Part shown: positions 34,672 through 48,171 of the stretch, in pieces
Layout of the letters: each line of letters opens with the position of its first letter
How positions within the stretch are numbered: the stretch's first letter is position 1
Assembly (NCBI RefSeq): GCF_009914755.1
Contig: NC_060937.1
Origin: the human T2T-CHM13v2.0 reference genome, Homo sapiens
Reading direction: 5' to 3' (one strand)
DNA: 64,000 nucleotides
Program-made: the position numbers and the translations under genes
The notes under the pieces: model-generated
The model's input: only the letters and a program-made list of their open reading frames with translations
Told to the model about the DNA's origin: nothing
Database searches by the model: none

Positions 34672-34802
34672 GACAAACTATACAGGCATGGAGATGACAT
34701 AATAAACTTATAGACAAACTATAGACAAACTATACTATAGACAAACTATATAGACAAACTATATATACTTATAGACAAACTATACAGGCATGGAGATGAC
34801 AT
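34672..34802 (+). repeat. Irregular local repeat: two 29-bp copies bracketing four short GACAAACTAT units
   Basis: GACAAACTATACAGGCATGGAGATGACAT at 34672-34700 and 34774-34802; GACAAACTAT also at 34713, 34724, 34740 and 34753. Confidence 0.9.
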
Positions 34803-36947
34803 GATATTGGAGTTCAGAAACCCACCTTTTTACTTCTGTCTCGGAACTGATGAGGTGAGCCAAAGAGTTTCATCTATAGAGTGTGGAGGTCACGTTAAGT
34901 AATCTCTAAATTATCTTTTACATTTAAAATATAAGAACTTTAGTAATCTAATTGTGATTATCAATGGAAATGTACACGTATATGTTAGATTTTGTATTTA
35001 AGAAGTAATTTCATTAGTACTTGAAATTTAAGGGAATATAAGGAAATCTTTTAGTGGAATACTGCTGTCTCTGAAAACCATCACCTATAAAGCATCTAGT
35101 TGAACAGATTTTAGGAATCTGTTGAGATAATTTATTCTAGAGTCTTAAACTGGAATAATATTGCATTTTCTTTCTAAGAGAGATACAGAAGTCTAAGAAT
35201 TAACTCCAGGGGAAGATTTCTTTTCTTTTCTTTTCTTTTTTTTTAGGGTGAAAGTGGTATATGTACTAAATGAAATTATCTTGATGCGATAGACCAGTAT
35301 ACTTGGTAAAGCTACTTGATATACTAATTTCATCACTTAAATGTGACAGCCACTGGGATTTCCAGCAGTGCTACTATTCTGGACCTATTAATGCTTCAGA
35401 ACTTACTTGTCTTATGTTGGCAGGTGCTTGTGAACGCTGGTGCAGGCTGATTAGCCATTGCTTTTACAGTTATCACTTTTACTTTGAACTGTCTACAATG
35501 CCTGCCTTATTTCTGAAGGAGGGTGCCCCATGGGCTTCCATGGCTCTTCATACAGCATGACTGCTCTTGAAAAATGCTAACAGGTTGTGACAAATACTAA
35601 GATAATATACTGTAACATACTTATATGAGGTGATTGGTGGCAAGGCATCATTTCATGTGCTAACATTAAGTTCTCCAGTGGTATTGGGCTCATTCCCCAG
35701 CTATGTGTTTAAAATAATGACATAGTTGAGGGTGTATTTTCAGGTAGCTTTTAATGATGGGAAAACTCCAAAATTTGGGAAGAAGACAATAAGTGCAGTT
35801 TATTTTATCATATGCTAGGTTTCAGGTATAGACTTTCTTTTTCCTTTTCTAATTTGTTAATCTTTTCTAGATACACATAGAAAGACTAGGTTTTATTTAA
35901 GTCACCTTTATCCTTAGCTTTCCTTTTAAAATAAGTATCAATTACTTTCTATTGTGCTGTTTCATTTTATCTTAAATTTATATTTTAGATAAAAGTGTGA
36001 CAGACTTTGAAACAAGTCAAAATGATTGCTGGGTATCTTTGGTGGAAAACTAAGCAGTTTCTAGGCACACCCTCTGGGTTATCTGATTATATGGGGTCTC
36101 TGCTCCTGTCATTATCTTTGAGCTATTTTACAACTCTGTTGGTTAGAGATAATTGATAGCAATGCAAATGATTCTTGTCTGTAGACATGCAAATTAATTT
36201 TGTCCCATAGAAACACAACTGATTTTTAGCTTCCAATCTCACCCCATTCCGATTCCTGGAATAATCCAGTTTTGTGTTCATGTATAATTCATTTCATCAT
36301 TAAGTTTTGCTAACATTTTTGTGGTTTTTTGAATTCACCATTGAACTGGTTGTAACTTCTTACTTATTTTCCCATTAATTAGCTAAATAACATCCCTGAC
36401 AAATGTTTATCTGACATATGTATGGACTATGATTATATCCTCTGTTAAATATTATCCTTTAACAATATTCCCTTTATGGCAGAAATGTTGGAGATGTGTT
36501 TTATTATATACTTATGCTCCGGTCATGCTAGATGAATCCTGAGAATCTGGCTTCCAAAAAGATCATGCTTCAGAGGAGATGAGCTAAGTCATCAAAGACA
36601 AAACAAAACAGTGGATGTAGCCAGTGTGAGTAACTTTGGCTCTCACTGATTCCTTCCCGCTGCTCTGCAGATAGGCTAAAATCCGGAGGCATTTTTTTGG
36701 CTATCAAATTCAAACTTAGCAGCAGATTGGAAGCAAGTCTTTTCTTTGCCATGGAAGAGGTTGAAAGAGAAGTGCTGGTGGCTCCTATCTGAATTGCTAC
36801 TTGGCTGCACATTTCAGTGATTTTGTTTAGCATCTGAAGGAGACAAAGGTGGAGGGAAGAGGAAGGAAAAAGCAGTTTGATGTCAGAAAGTTATTTCTCC
36901 AATATCATCTATGTCTTTGGATCAAAAAGAAAGAGGGAAAAAAAAAA

Positions 36948-37485
36948 ATATATATATATACAAATACATACACACACACACATATGTGTATACATATACA
37001 TATATGTGTGTAACATGGTGTATGACATTTTACACACACGTGTGTATATATGTACCCATATATACATATACACAATATTATCCATATATGTACATATATA
37101 CACATACATATACACATATATGGATAATATTGTGTATATGTATATATGGGTACATATATACACATATGTACATATACACATATATGGATAATATTGTGTA
37201 TATTTATATATGTGTGTGTAAATAACATATAAGGGTAATATTTAAAAGAGGATATATATATGCATGTGTATATGTATATAAACACATGTATATATGTGTG
37301 TATATGTATGTATGTGTATATATATATCCTCTTTTAAATATTATCCTTACAGTTGGTGTATGACATTTTACACACACACACATACACACATATAATGACA
37401 TTTTACACACATACACATACATATATGTGTATATACATATTTGTGTGTGTGTGTGTGTAAAATGTCATTGTATACCAACTATAAG
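36948..37485. repeat. TA/CA/TG low-complexity block containing three adjacent inverted repeats
   Basis: Arms 37041-37091/37114-37164, 37230-37261/37318-37349 and ~37346-37382/37442-37485. Confidence 0.9.
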
Positions 37486-40400
37486 TTACGCACTTCCTCA
37501 TTTGCTGCAATATGTCATCTTCCTCACAGTGCTGTGATTATGGGTATTTTGTTATGCCTGATTTTACATTTTACACAGCTCCTAAGTTGAAAGACAAAGA
37601 TTCAAATGTATGTCTCCATGATCCCCCAAATCAAAAGTCTTGATGTTGCTTTGCTAACTTTTCCATTTGTTTGGAATTTTTTTCTTTGTTCTTTTTTGCT
37701 TTCTATCAGAATTAACTTCCGAAAGCTTTCTGCTTTTCTCTCATTTTGAATAGCTTTTGTTAAAATCTATATGGGAATCCACATCTCCCCATAGACCAGG
37801 TGCACTGGAAGATTTGAGGGGTTGGGAGGAGAGTGTGGATGCAGACCAGTGTGAGCCTAGAATAAGCCTGTGGCAACCTGGGAAAAACAGGGTGGGAACT
37901 CAAAAGAATTAGAGAGATATCCTCACATTAGATTTCAGTGGAAAGAGAGGGGGGAAAGTCATGTATACTGGAGCATTCCTATGTGAGTTCAAACAAATTG
38001 CATGTAAATTTGGGGCTCACTAATAAGGGCTGTGTGACCTTGAACCTGACTTTCTTCAACTAGTAAAACTTAAAGACAAAAATACCCAACTCTTTCAGGC
38101 AAGGAGGAGCTGAAATACCAGTAAATGCACTAAAGGGTAACTTTGAGAGGTTTGACTTTGTCCAACACTCAGAATCACCACTCACCTCCTTAACCACAAA
38201 TCACTAGAAACAGGCATGCAATCAAAGACAAACAGGAGTATGCTTCCTAAGTGAGGCCAGCTTCAAGAAGGGGTGAACATTGGAAGTAAGTTGCTTCACC
38301 TCTAGAGATGAATAAATAGGTACAATAAAACCTGCCATAGAGCATAACTTGAGGGTCAAATGAGGGGAGCTTGCAGACTGAATTTATTTCATTTGACTGC
38401 TTCGGTCCTTATGTCATCCTCTCCCCACAGGATGTAGCCTTGGACAAGAAAGTTTACATTGGTCCACCTCTAATATGGACAAGGAGATCCATGTTTGCCT
38501 CTCTCATACATGTACACACCCTTTATTCAAGTCACTTTAGTCATCCAAATATAATTCTTAGTTTTTGAGACACTATTGTCAACATTGAGACTTCTGTACC
38601 CAAAGGTTATTTTAGAGAAAGATTCATCGTTATGTTTGAAGCTGGAAGATAGAATGCACTCAGCTACATGTGCTTTCTGTGAAATGTAGTTGGGCTGATG
38701 CTATTACAATCTTTCAAGTACCAAAGCCCATATCTTTAATTCTTTTTCCCATAGCATGAAGTGCCAAAAGCCAGCACTGAATGTGTGTATGTACCTCGCC
38801 ATGTGTTGCTGCAAATTTAGCTGTAATAATTCTGCAGAGGGCGATAATTCTGCGGGAGATCTTCTTCAGAAGGAATCAGAAATTAGCAATTAAAAGTCAC
38901 TATTTTGTTGTAAATGGTCAAGACCTTCTTCATAGTAAAATCCGTATTTGGTCGTTGACTCTAATGGAAGCTGTAGACTCCTACTAATATTTGTTTAGGG
39001 ATGAATCCCATGGAAGCTGCAAGCATGGCTAGATTCCACCACTCCTTGTACATACCATGTCTATATCCTTTGGCAGGGCAATCATGAAAAGCAAAATTAA
39101 TTTGAAAGGAGAAGAAAAGAGAATTTACTCTGAATCCCAAGAGACTGCATGCTTTGAACTTGCAAATTACAGCCATTTGCACAGCAAAGTGATGAAACAA
39201 ATCCTTGGATTTCATTTGCTCTCCACTGTGCTTTGGGCAAAGTGTCAGGAACATGCCCCCCAAGAGGTAACTAAAGATCATTCTCACAAAATGTGCTATC
39301 AAAACCCAATTGTCTAAGAGCATGTGTTTGGAAAAGAAAATAAACCTGAGTGTCAGTGAAACAGAATAGCTTCTAGGATTTTGTCTGGGAAAACTGTCAG
39401 GTTTTCTTCTAATAGGTTTATACAGGTTCACTCACCTCTGACTCCTTGCCTTATTTCTGGGAATTTCTCCTGGAAATTGAAACTTTTATAAAGTACAACA
39501 GGATAGACTCTTCTGAGCACTCGAAGTGGAAAAACTGAACTAATTTTTGATTTGTTCAGGAGCCATTCTTTTTATTCACCAACCTTAAAGTACTTAACAA
39601 AAAAAGGCCTGGGATGATGGTTGAGCTTGAGGTCAGTCAATGGATTTTCAAACTAGAGCACAAGGCTAAGTTTCTCAGATGGTTAATTATTTATAGGTGC
39701 CAGAGCTATCTCCTTATAATAGTAGGCATTCAATATATGACTGAAAGAATGAGTAGAGAAATGTAAAGTGATTGTGAATAAATGAATTAATAAAGAACCA
39801 ATGGTTTCAGCCCAGTGGCTCACAACCTACTCACACAAGACCCTTATGTATTTGCTATACACATCTTATGTTTAGAAGGAGAATGCACAACATTGTAGGA
39901 TCCTAGAGTTTAAAAGTGCATTGTTTGTTTAACCTTGACAATTATTAGGTAGTTAACAAAGATGTATGATATCTTGCCATGAATTATATCTTTCTGTAAG
40001 ATGAAGACACTTGTTCAGCATCCAGCACAACTTTTAAATATTCTGTCCCATACTCTGATAGCTAAAAATTCTGTTTGCGATGAAATGAGCCTAGAACCTA
40101 AGTCCACTTTTCTATCAAAATAAAATATGGAAATATGGGCTTTTCCATAAATCGCCATACATCAGGGTGCATTAGAATGAACACTATAATAGATGCACAG
40201 ACCAAAGGTAATTCAGTTATGTGGGACATGTAAATGAATGTCAACTAAGGTGATCAGTGTAAGTTTCTTTGAGGAGAAATTATTTAAATTGGGAGGACTT
40301 TTCAGGGATTAAAGATGTAGACCCCGAATACTTATTATGCAAGGAATTGTGCAGGAGCCCTGAGAAGGCAAACTTAGTAATCCAGATCACAGAAGTAACA

Positions 40401-41029
40401 GACATATTATAAATTGGGTTAAATGCTATCAATATCTTCCTTGTGTACTATTAATTGCCTGCACATATCCTTATATATTTTCTCTTCCCCGAGTACAGTA
40501 ACATTTAATATAGGAGGCTAAACCACAGAGTATGTAACTGGCAATTTCAAATAACGATTAGGAGATGCAATGACATAGGCTGAAGTTAACTTTTCTGAAG
40601 CAACATTTGCCCTTCAAAGATTGAATGTCATCCCACTCTAGCCCTTGCATTAAAAAGTCTCAGTTCAAGACCCTTTTCCATTAATGTCTTACTTTGAAAG
40701 AGCCAATCTGATAAATTAAGTATGTTCTTAGGTTAAATGATATTGATTTAATCAGATTGTTATTTTGCATATTTTGATTTAAATGCTAGGTAAAAGCAGG
40801 GATACATGTGGCTTCCAGCAGTATCATAGGATGTGTGTAACTGTTTATTCTGCCTGTTTTGTTGGCAGTCTAAGAACTTTATCCCAAATAAAGAGATTAT
40901 AAACATGAAGGAAAAGCTGTGATTATTCTTAGTGTGCCCTAAGCATTGTGTTTTTATTCCTACTGAGATATTTTAAGTTTTTTTTTTAAAAAGCTTTCTG
41001 TAAAGGAATTATTTAGAGTTTTTTTATAT

Positions 41030-41232
41030 TTTAAAACAATGTTATTTTGATATACATATACAGAATGAAATGATTACTGCAGTCAAGCAACTTATCGTTA
41101 GCAGTCAAACAAATTAACATATCCATCACCTACCATAGTTACCTTTTGTGTGTGTGTGGTAAGAGCACCTAACATCTATCTCAGCAAATTTCCTGTATAC
41201 AGTATAATATTATTACCTATAGTCTCCATGTT
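41030..41232 (-). mobile_element. Old L1MA (about MA8-9) 3'-end fragment
   Basis: aattaacatatccatcacc..catagttaccttttgtgtgtgtgtggtaagagcacctaacatcta...tcagcaaattt. Confidence 0.75.
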
Positions 41233-43444
41233 CAAAAACATTACGTTCGATGTAAAGACATTTTTCACTCTTCCTCCTTATGCAGTGTATTCCTTAAAAC
41301 TCAGTTTAGCGTTTCACTACTTTTTTAGAGATATGGGGTATGTGCTTTAATTTCATGAGTCTTTGTTTCTCCCTCTTCAGAGACTCTGAACTCCTTTTGG
41401 TTTAAAACCATGGCTGAGCTTTAATCACACAAATTATTTAATGATAATGCTTGACTGTACTGCTGTTACCTGAACACAGACATTTTAAAGCCCTAGGTTG
41501 GAAAGGATGCTAGAATTTATTATATCATTTGAAGTGGTATCATTTTAATATTTAGGTACCTATACACAAATTTTAGAAAGAGACCTCTTGCCCTTTATTA
41601 ATTGAAAAAGTGATGCCAGGGGAAAAGGGCTGTCTCCTTTTTGTTGGCCTCGCATCCCCCATCTGTGAAATAGAGACTGAGTGATATTTACCTATGGGCA
41701 TCCATCTTAAATGATTAGTGGGAATTAAGGTAATTATTATAAATTAATGGCTGTGTGAGTTATAAAAGGTTAGATATTATGGAGTTCCATTGTCATGGAG
41801 GGAGGCAATTAAAGAAATATACACTTATAGACTGTACCATAGATCTTGTGACATTTCTAGCCACTTTGCCTTTCATCGTTTTACTCTATGTGATATGATC
41901 AGTGTTGTAGTCATGCTTTTACAGATGCCTACTGAAATTGCACTATTTTATAGGGAAGAAAAATAATTTTTCATGAAGTCTTACAGGCAGTTCAATTTGA
42001 TTATGTTCTTAATCACTCTCACCTAGACTTGGCCCTTTTACTGAATTGGTCTGAACTAGTTTACAGCTCTTGGGCTTTGAACAGTAAATCTTAAAATTCT
42101 AATGTCAGCTGTTATATAGTTTAGTAAGAATGCTGATCTGCTGCTATCAGGAGCAAAAACGAGCACTTTGAAAATTAGTTTATTGTATATCACCCCAGAC
42201 TCACCAAATTCAATAGTAAAGTGGCTAACTTTGAGTAAGCAAAGAGGGCTGTGGGACTGCAACTGCAATAAACTTGAAATTGATTGTTTGTGGGTGAATT
42301 TATAGATGGTAGTTGGTTTGATTTATGCATTAAGAGTCAGAGAGAGTGAAAGATGGAAATCAGCATCTCTGGTCAGCTGAGTTGTAGAAGGTCACTGGGA
42401 GGTGGTGAATTACTGTTTGCCATGGTTTGGCAAGCAGTGTTGAAGCTGCTTAATGAGATCTAACCAAACTTGTCCATAAAGATGACACATGCAAAAAGGA
42501 AAAATATTATTCAGATAAGATACCATTCAGGCTCTAGGACTAAAAACATCTTTGGATATTTGAATATGAAGTTTTTGGCATCTTCTAAGGTAAATATGGC
42601 AAATGAGTTGTGAGCAGGTCTGAAATTTGCAACATATTTATAAATACTATTTACATTTCCCTGTCTTGAGTTAGCGATTAGCCTTTCTTTTGGATATGAA
42701 GACAATATATTTATGAAACACAAATGGAAAATGAGCCTGTATAAATATGTTTTAGAAACAGTGGTTGAGATGTAGATATACTTAAAAATACTTTCAAGGA
42801 GGACATCTTGATATCATTGAAAAAGAAAGCATGCATAAAATCAGCTAAACCTATCTAAATGAGCATAGGCTATTTATGGGTTCATAACTATGCATTAGTA
42901 TGTGGACTGTCTATCACAGTCCACATACTGTGGAAAGTATCACAAAGTGATACTTTCTATCACTGCTTACACACAATATCAATTGTTGAATTTCAAATAT
43001 TTTGCCCACAACCTACCATAAGACATATATATTGCATCCCAGTGCATATACAATATATACAAGAAATATTTTTACTTCTTATGATGAGCTCTGAAATACT
43101 CTGTTGTATTTTAAGCTTGAACGCTGATGCTAACTGATGTTAGGTCCTGCAGTTTGAAAGATGGTTGAGCTGGGGTGAAGTGAAACAGGTGAAACCTCCA
43201 CTTCGATGTTCTTCCCTGGTATTGAACCTCAAAGAGATTGGTAATACTACTAACACTTGCTAAGAAATCAAGTAGGCAGAATTACAATTAAAAAGACCCT
43301 GAAATCAATGCTGTCCTTATAAAAGGCATCAAAGAATAGGTGGGTGGATGTCCAGGATTATGTGGTCTTATACAGCTTGTGCTTATCTGTAGAATGCACC
43401 TCAAAACATAGATGCTTCCTTCCATAGTGGACTCTGAGATTCTT

Positions 43445-43746
43445 TTTTTTTTTTTTTTTTTTTTTGAGATGGAGTCTCACTCTGTCACCCCGGCTGGAGT
43501 GTAGTGGCACCATCTCGGCTCACTGCAACCTCCACCTCCCTGGTTTCAAGCAATTCTCCTGCCTCAGCCTCCCCAGTAGCTGGGATTACAGGTGCCCGCC
43601 ACCACGCCCATCTAATTTTTGTATTTTTAGTAGAGACAGGTTTTTACCACCTGGGCCAGGCTGGTCTCAAACTCCTGACCTCGTGATCCACCCACCTCAG
43701 CCTCCCAAAGTGCTGGGATTACAGGCATGAGCCACCGCGCCTGGCT
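43445..43746 (-). mobile_element. Alu (AluSg-like)
   Basis: Full Alu with T-tail; TSD CTCTGAGATTCTT at 43432-43444 and 43749-43761, followed by AA. Confidence 0.95.
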
Positions 43747-44509
43747 GTCTCTGAGATTCTTAAGCACAAAGTCTCTGCTTATTCTTCTGCAGCACCAGGC
43801 ATTATACCTAACCCATTGCTTGTGTGTTATTGAGTGGAAATTAAACAAATGAATGAATGAATAAATAAATAAATGAAGAAAGTGAGAAGAACATGAGAAG
43901 AATCAGATGCATTCCATTTAACTTTTATTGCAGAACCTCTGTGGTGACCTATGCTAAAGCAGTGAGCACTGCAAAAGTAAACAAGACACAGTTCGTAATT
44001 ACTAGTTTGGGGTGTAATAGCAGTGGTATGAGCAGATGGCTAAGGAATATGGAACCTTAGGTCTTTCGTAACAGTAGCATAGAGTAACAGCTTCCTACTT
44101 GGCTTTGGCTCTGTGTTCTGAAATAGAAGCAACAGTCTGGGACTGAAAATTGCAAAACCTGGATCAGTTACCTTGGTTCACCTTGTCATGATGATAACCC
44201 TTCTTGTGACAGGTGGTGATTTTAAGCACACAGTAGAACCATAGTCCCCACTGTCCACCATTCTTAAAATAACTACCCTATTCTGCTCCTCCTCATTTCT
44301 CTCCAGGTAATTCATTACTGTACTTTGGCAGTCAGAAATGTGAGGAACTGATTTTCCTTTGAGGCAAATAGGTTTTTGACCTGCAGATCTATGTGGGTAG
44401 TGGAAATGCGGACTCTCTTGGTCTAGGGGCTTTTCTATTAGATTTGGGACTCAATTAAGTGAAAGAAGGAGCCAATCAACAATATATAGTACTCTTAGCT
44501 CCGAGGAGT

Positions 44510-44850
44510 GGCATGCTAGAACCGGCGCATATTGGTTTGTGAGAACCGATTGTTAAAATTTCAGGAATTTTTGAATCTCTTCCTAAGAACAGCAATTATT
44601 AAAAATAAAATGCATAAATTTACAATTAAATTATGTTAAAATAAAAATGGTGGACCCCAAAATACTGTCAGTTTCTAATTATTTTATTAATAGTTATACT
44701 CTTGATATCTGTCATACCTGCCTGGAGGAAATACTACATAGAAGACACTATGCAAATCTCTCCCCACTTCAACATTCATGACACAATTTTGGCAGCTAGA
44801 AATCAGCTGTGTTGGGAGTATTTATGTCATGGAAATTGGTATAATTTGGG
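44510..44850 (+). mobile_element. MER63-like hAT relic
   Basis: gctagaaccggcgcatattggtttgtgagaaccgattgttaaaatttcaggaattt...gggagtatttatgtcatggaaattgg. Confidence 0.65.
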
Positions 44851-45080
44851 AATTATATTGGAGAATACATCCATTTTAAATTAAGAATTTCCCTCAGAAC
44901 TGGAAAGTTGGTTAACACAATACTGACTCCGTTTATAATATCTCAGATACTGACACTGACGGATACTGAAAAGGGAATAAAAATAATATGCAAAGGTCCT
45001 AAACGTTGGGTTAAATGGATAATCATAGGCAGTCATGATGAGTGCCATTGTAGACCTACTGGAAGATGACAGAGCTAGTG

Positions 45081-45990
45081 CAGAGGTTCCCAAGTATTCT
45101 GTTCATGGAGTCCCAAGTGTCTGTATCAGCCAAGGTTCTCCAGAAAAACAGGACCAATTATATGTAAGAACATATATATTTTACATATATATTTACATTT
45201 ATATATTATAATGATATATAATATATATGATAGAGGGAGAAAAGGCTTTATTTTAAGGAATTGGCTCATGTGGTGTAAGACTGTGAGACTGGCAAGTCTG
45301 AAATCTGCAGGGCAGACTGGCAGACTCAAACCTTATGCAAGAGTTGATGCTGCAGTGTTGAGGAAGAGTTTCTTCTCCAGGATGCCTCAGTTTTTGCGTA
45401 TAAAACCTTTCAACTGATTAGGTTAGGCCTGCCCACATTATTGAGGGTGATCTCCTTTACTTAAAATCATCAGATTGTGGATGTTAACCACATCTACAAA
45501 CTACCTCTACAGCAACACCTACATTAGTGTTTGATTACATTACTGGGTGCTATGGCCTAGCCGTGCTGGCTCAAATCTATTACAGTGTCCTACTAATTTT
45601 TCTGTGGCATCCTAAACCAGAAGAAATACTAAACATTTTATTTATTAAGTCCAAACAATTCACTATTTGTATCCTAAAATCTTAGTGACCATTTGAAAAC
45701 ATAATACATATACGTTGTAAAAATTTATTTCATACATAGTCACAATTATTTACTAATGGATAGCACACAACTTCTCAAGCCCTAGAATAAAGTTGGATAC
45801 CACCACCCTCATTTCCTGCTCCACATGATTTTCACCTGCTGCTGGGGAAATGGAAAGTAAGGAAAAATGCTGCTTTGCAATGATATGATGCTATTAAAAG
45901 GACGGTAGTACTATTTAATGTTGAAACTGTGAACTACCTCCAAGTAGTTTCTGCACTTTTCTACAGATGTCAAATTTCCCTTGAAAATTT
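45081..45990. mobile_element. hAT-Charlie-type relic interrupted by the MLT2 LTR
   Basis: cagaggttcccaag...aagtgtc | [LTR] | ctactaattttt...ccagaagaaatactaaac...atttattaagtccaaacaa; the two sides read as continuous across the LTR. Confidence 0.5.
45122..45584 (-). mobile_element. MLT2 (MLT2D-like, ERVL) solo LTR
   Basis: tgtatcagccaaggttctccagaaaaacaggacc...aaggaattggctcatg...ggcaagtctgaaatctgcagggcag...taca; TSD GTGTC at 45117-45121 and 45585-45589. Confidence 0.88.
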
Positions 45991-47574
45991 TAAATCTCAT
46001 GGTGCTTCCAAAAGCTTCCTGTTTTGCCCAAGTGAGCCCTGTCACAGTGAATACGAGGATATTTTGTACTTTGCATAATAGAATCAAAATGCTCCCATGT
46101 TTTGTCGTCAGCTCTGTAATGCATAACCACAGTTTTCCTGGACTGTTTGCATGTAGTAAGAAAAGTTGCAGCATTCAGATTTTCTCTCAAGATCTTTCTA
46201 TTCATTATCTTTTAAAAATTGGTGCTGAGAAATACAATGAATCTCTCTGTGTGTGTGTAATGTGAGTGTGTGTGTATATGTGTGTAGTTGTGCATACAAA
46301 TTCCTGATTATCTTTTGTGTTGAGACAGCGCTTTAAAATGTCTAAAAATTTTATCGGTATAAATTGAATAAATTGTATATATAGTTAAAACAGGCAGAAA
46401 CTTCCTTTATTTACAAATAACCAAGTAATTTACAAGTTTAATGATTTTATAACATACCAAGGCCAAGGTTAGATGTGAGAAAAAGAAAAGATAGCTTTTC
46501 TCACTCCAGATGCTTTCTGCTTTCTAAGACTGCTTTGCCTTCCCACACTGCCCACTCCTCACCTCCCATATGCTTTATCCCTTGATTATTCTGATCACAC
46601 CTTCTTCTATGCTCATCCTCACCCCTAAACAGTTCAGCTTCTCTGAAACAGGAAAGTCAACCAAATGGTAAGGGCCAGAAACACTGGCAGAAGAACTAAG
46701 AAGTTTCTTCTGTGTCATCTAGAGTAGCATGTTTAAATTCTCTCTGCATAACCATTGGACCTGATTTAAACAATTAGCTAATTGGTCCCATTTAAAGGAG
46801 CTATTTTTTTGCAGAGTGAAAATTTTAGAACTACAAGAATTAGCATTTAAAGTTTTTATCAGGAAATTGACATCAGCAAAGGATGACAATAATACAGGTA
46901 GTTTGAATGATAAGGTCCCCTAAAGTAGAATGTTAATTGAATTTCCTAAAACCTGTGTGAAAGTTGGAAGATTTCCGATTATTGTGTTGAGCAACTTCAC
47001 TAAACAAGAGCAGCCCTGAGAGATATGAAAGGATCATTTATAATACCTCTTTACACTGAAAAATGTTGAAAAGTGCTTATTTGGAGGTTTAGGGTATTTG
47101 AACTTAAGGAAATGAACTGGAACATACATTTTAAAAATGTGGCTTCCCTACATTCTGCCATTCCCAATTAGGTTGTATAGGAAATGTATGAGACTAAGAA
47201 CAGTCCAGGTCTATTAACTCCAGTTTAAATTATCTTAGCTATCAGAAACTCTAGCTAAATTCTAAAGTATTCTAAAGTATTTCACTTCCCTCCACCTGTT
47301 TCCTTAGGTGTGGTTAAATTCCTTAACATCCTTGGCACCAGATGAACAAACTGTATGTTTATTTGAGGAGACATGTCGAATGATGAGAACACTGTTGCTT
47401 GGTACCAGATGTGCTTGTTGACTATGGGAATTTCAATAATTCTAGGATGAGAGAACTCTGACATAGACTGTATACTCTGAAGAGGGCCAACTCTGAAATA
47501 AATATTGCCCTCTGATCAATTGGAATTTGGTGTTTCAGAAACTGAAGCTCTCTGTTTTGTGAGATCTTGCCATC

Positions 47575-48171
47575 TTCTTTTTTGGTGTGAACTGGTTTTT
47601 ATTGGGGTGTAGGACACGGGGTAGGAAATGTCACCTTGGTGTATGGCATGCCTTACACATTCTAATCTTCCTGGGGTAGTTGATGGAACTATTTCTTCTT
47701 CTTGAAGTTGCTCTTGCTGTCAGCCACCTCTTTAGGTCCACTGCTGACCATCTCCTGCTTGAGAGAGAAATCTTCCAAGGATTCGTCCAAGAACTTACTT
47801 TTTCTTGGAGACATCCTGTTGCTTGCCCCTTCAGGATCACTAACTGTTTCCTCCTTGGGGGATGATTTCACCCTATTGGGAAGCAATGTTCAAACAGAGG
47901 AAGTGGCTGCTGAGATCAGTAGGAAGCTGGAGAAACAGGAGAAGAAGCCTTAATGAAGGGAAAGAAATGACTGGCTCTGCTTGGCCTTGCATCTGCAGAA
48001 AACAGCAGTAGTATTCTGAAGGAGTATGAGGAGATGGGTGAAAAACCCAAAATAAGTAAAAGCAGAAGCTCTAGGAGGCTCCTCAGGAGAATGGAATGGA
48101 AGGCCCATCTCTCTCTTTCTCCAAACTCAAGAAAAAGAAATATTTTTCCAAGGAGGAGTTTGTTAGTAGCA
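47575..48171 (-). pseudogene. NOP56: NOP56 processed pseudogene: 3' fragment with 5' inversion
   Basis: Minus arm encodes LPNRVKSSPKEETVSDPE...VSSGPKEVADSKSNFKKKK..PQED*, then 3'UTR, AATAAA and an A-rich remnant. Plus arm encodes VQTEEVAAEISRKLEKQEKK...ENGMEGPSLSFSKLKKKKYFSKEEFVSSNL. Both match the NOP56 lysine-rich C-terminus as I recall it (AEEAAAEITRKLEKQEKK...SKEELMSSDL...PKEETVNDPEE...SQED). TSD ATCTTGCCATC at 47564-47574 and 48172-48182. Confidence 0.92.

Noticed and set aside
34672-34802. CRISPR-like repeat/spacer appearance
   Set aside because: Units are 10 bp with 1-30 nt irregular linkers, there are no cas genes, and the context is primate DNA.
38740-39431. Acceptor-like ttctttttcccatag and the 156-aa/86-aa ORFs as a host exon
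   Set aside because: No recognisable protein, no convincing paired donor, and composition typical of random AT-rich ORFs.
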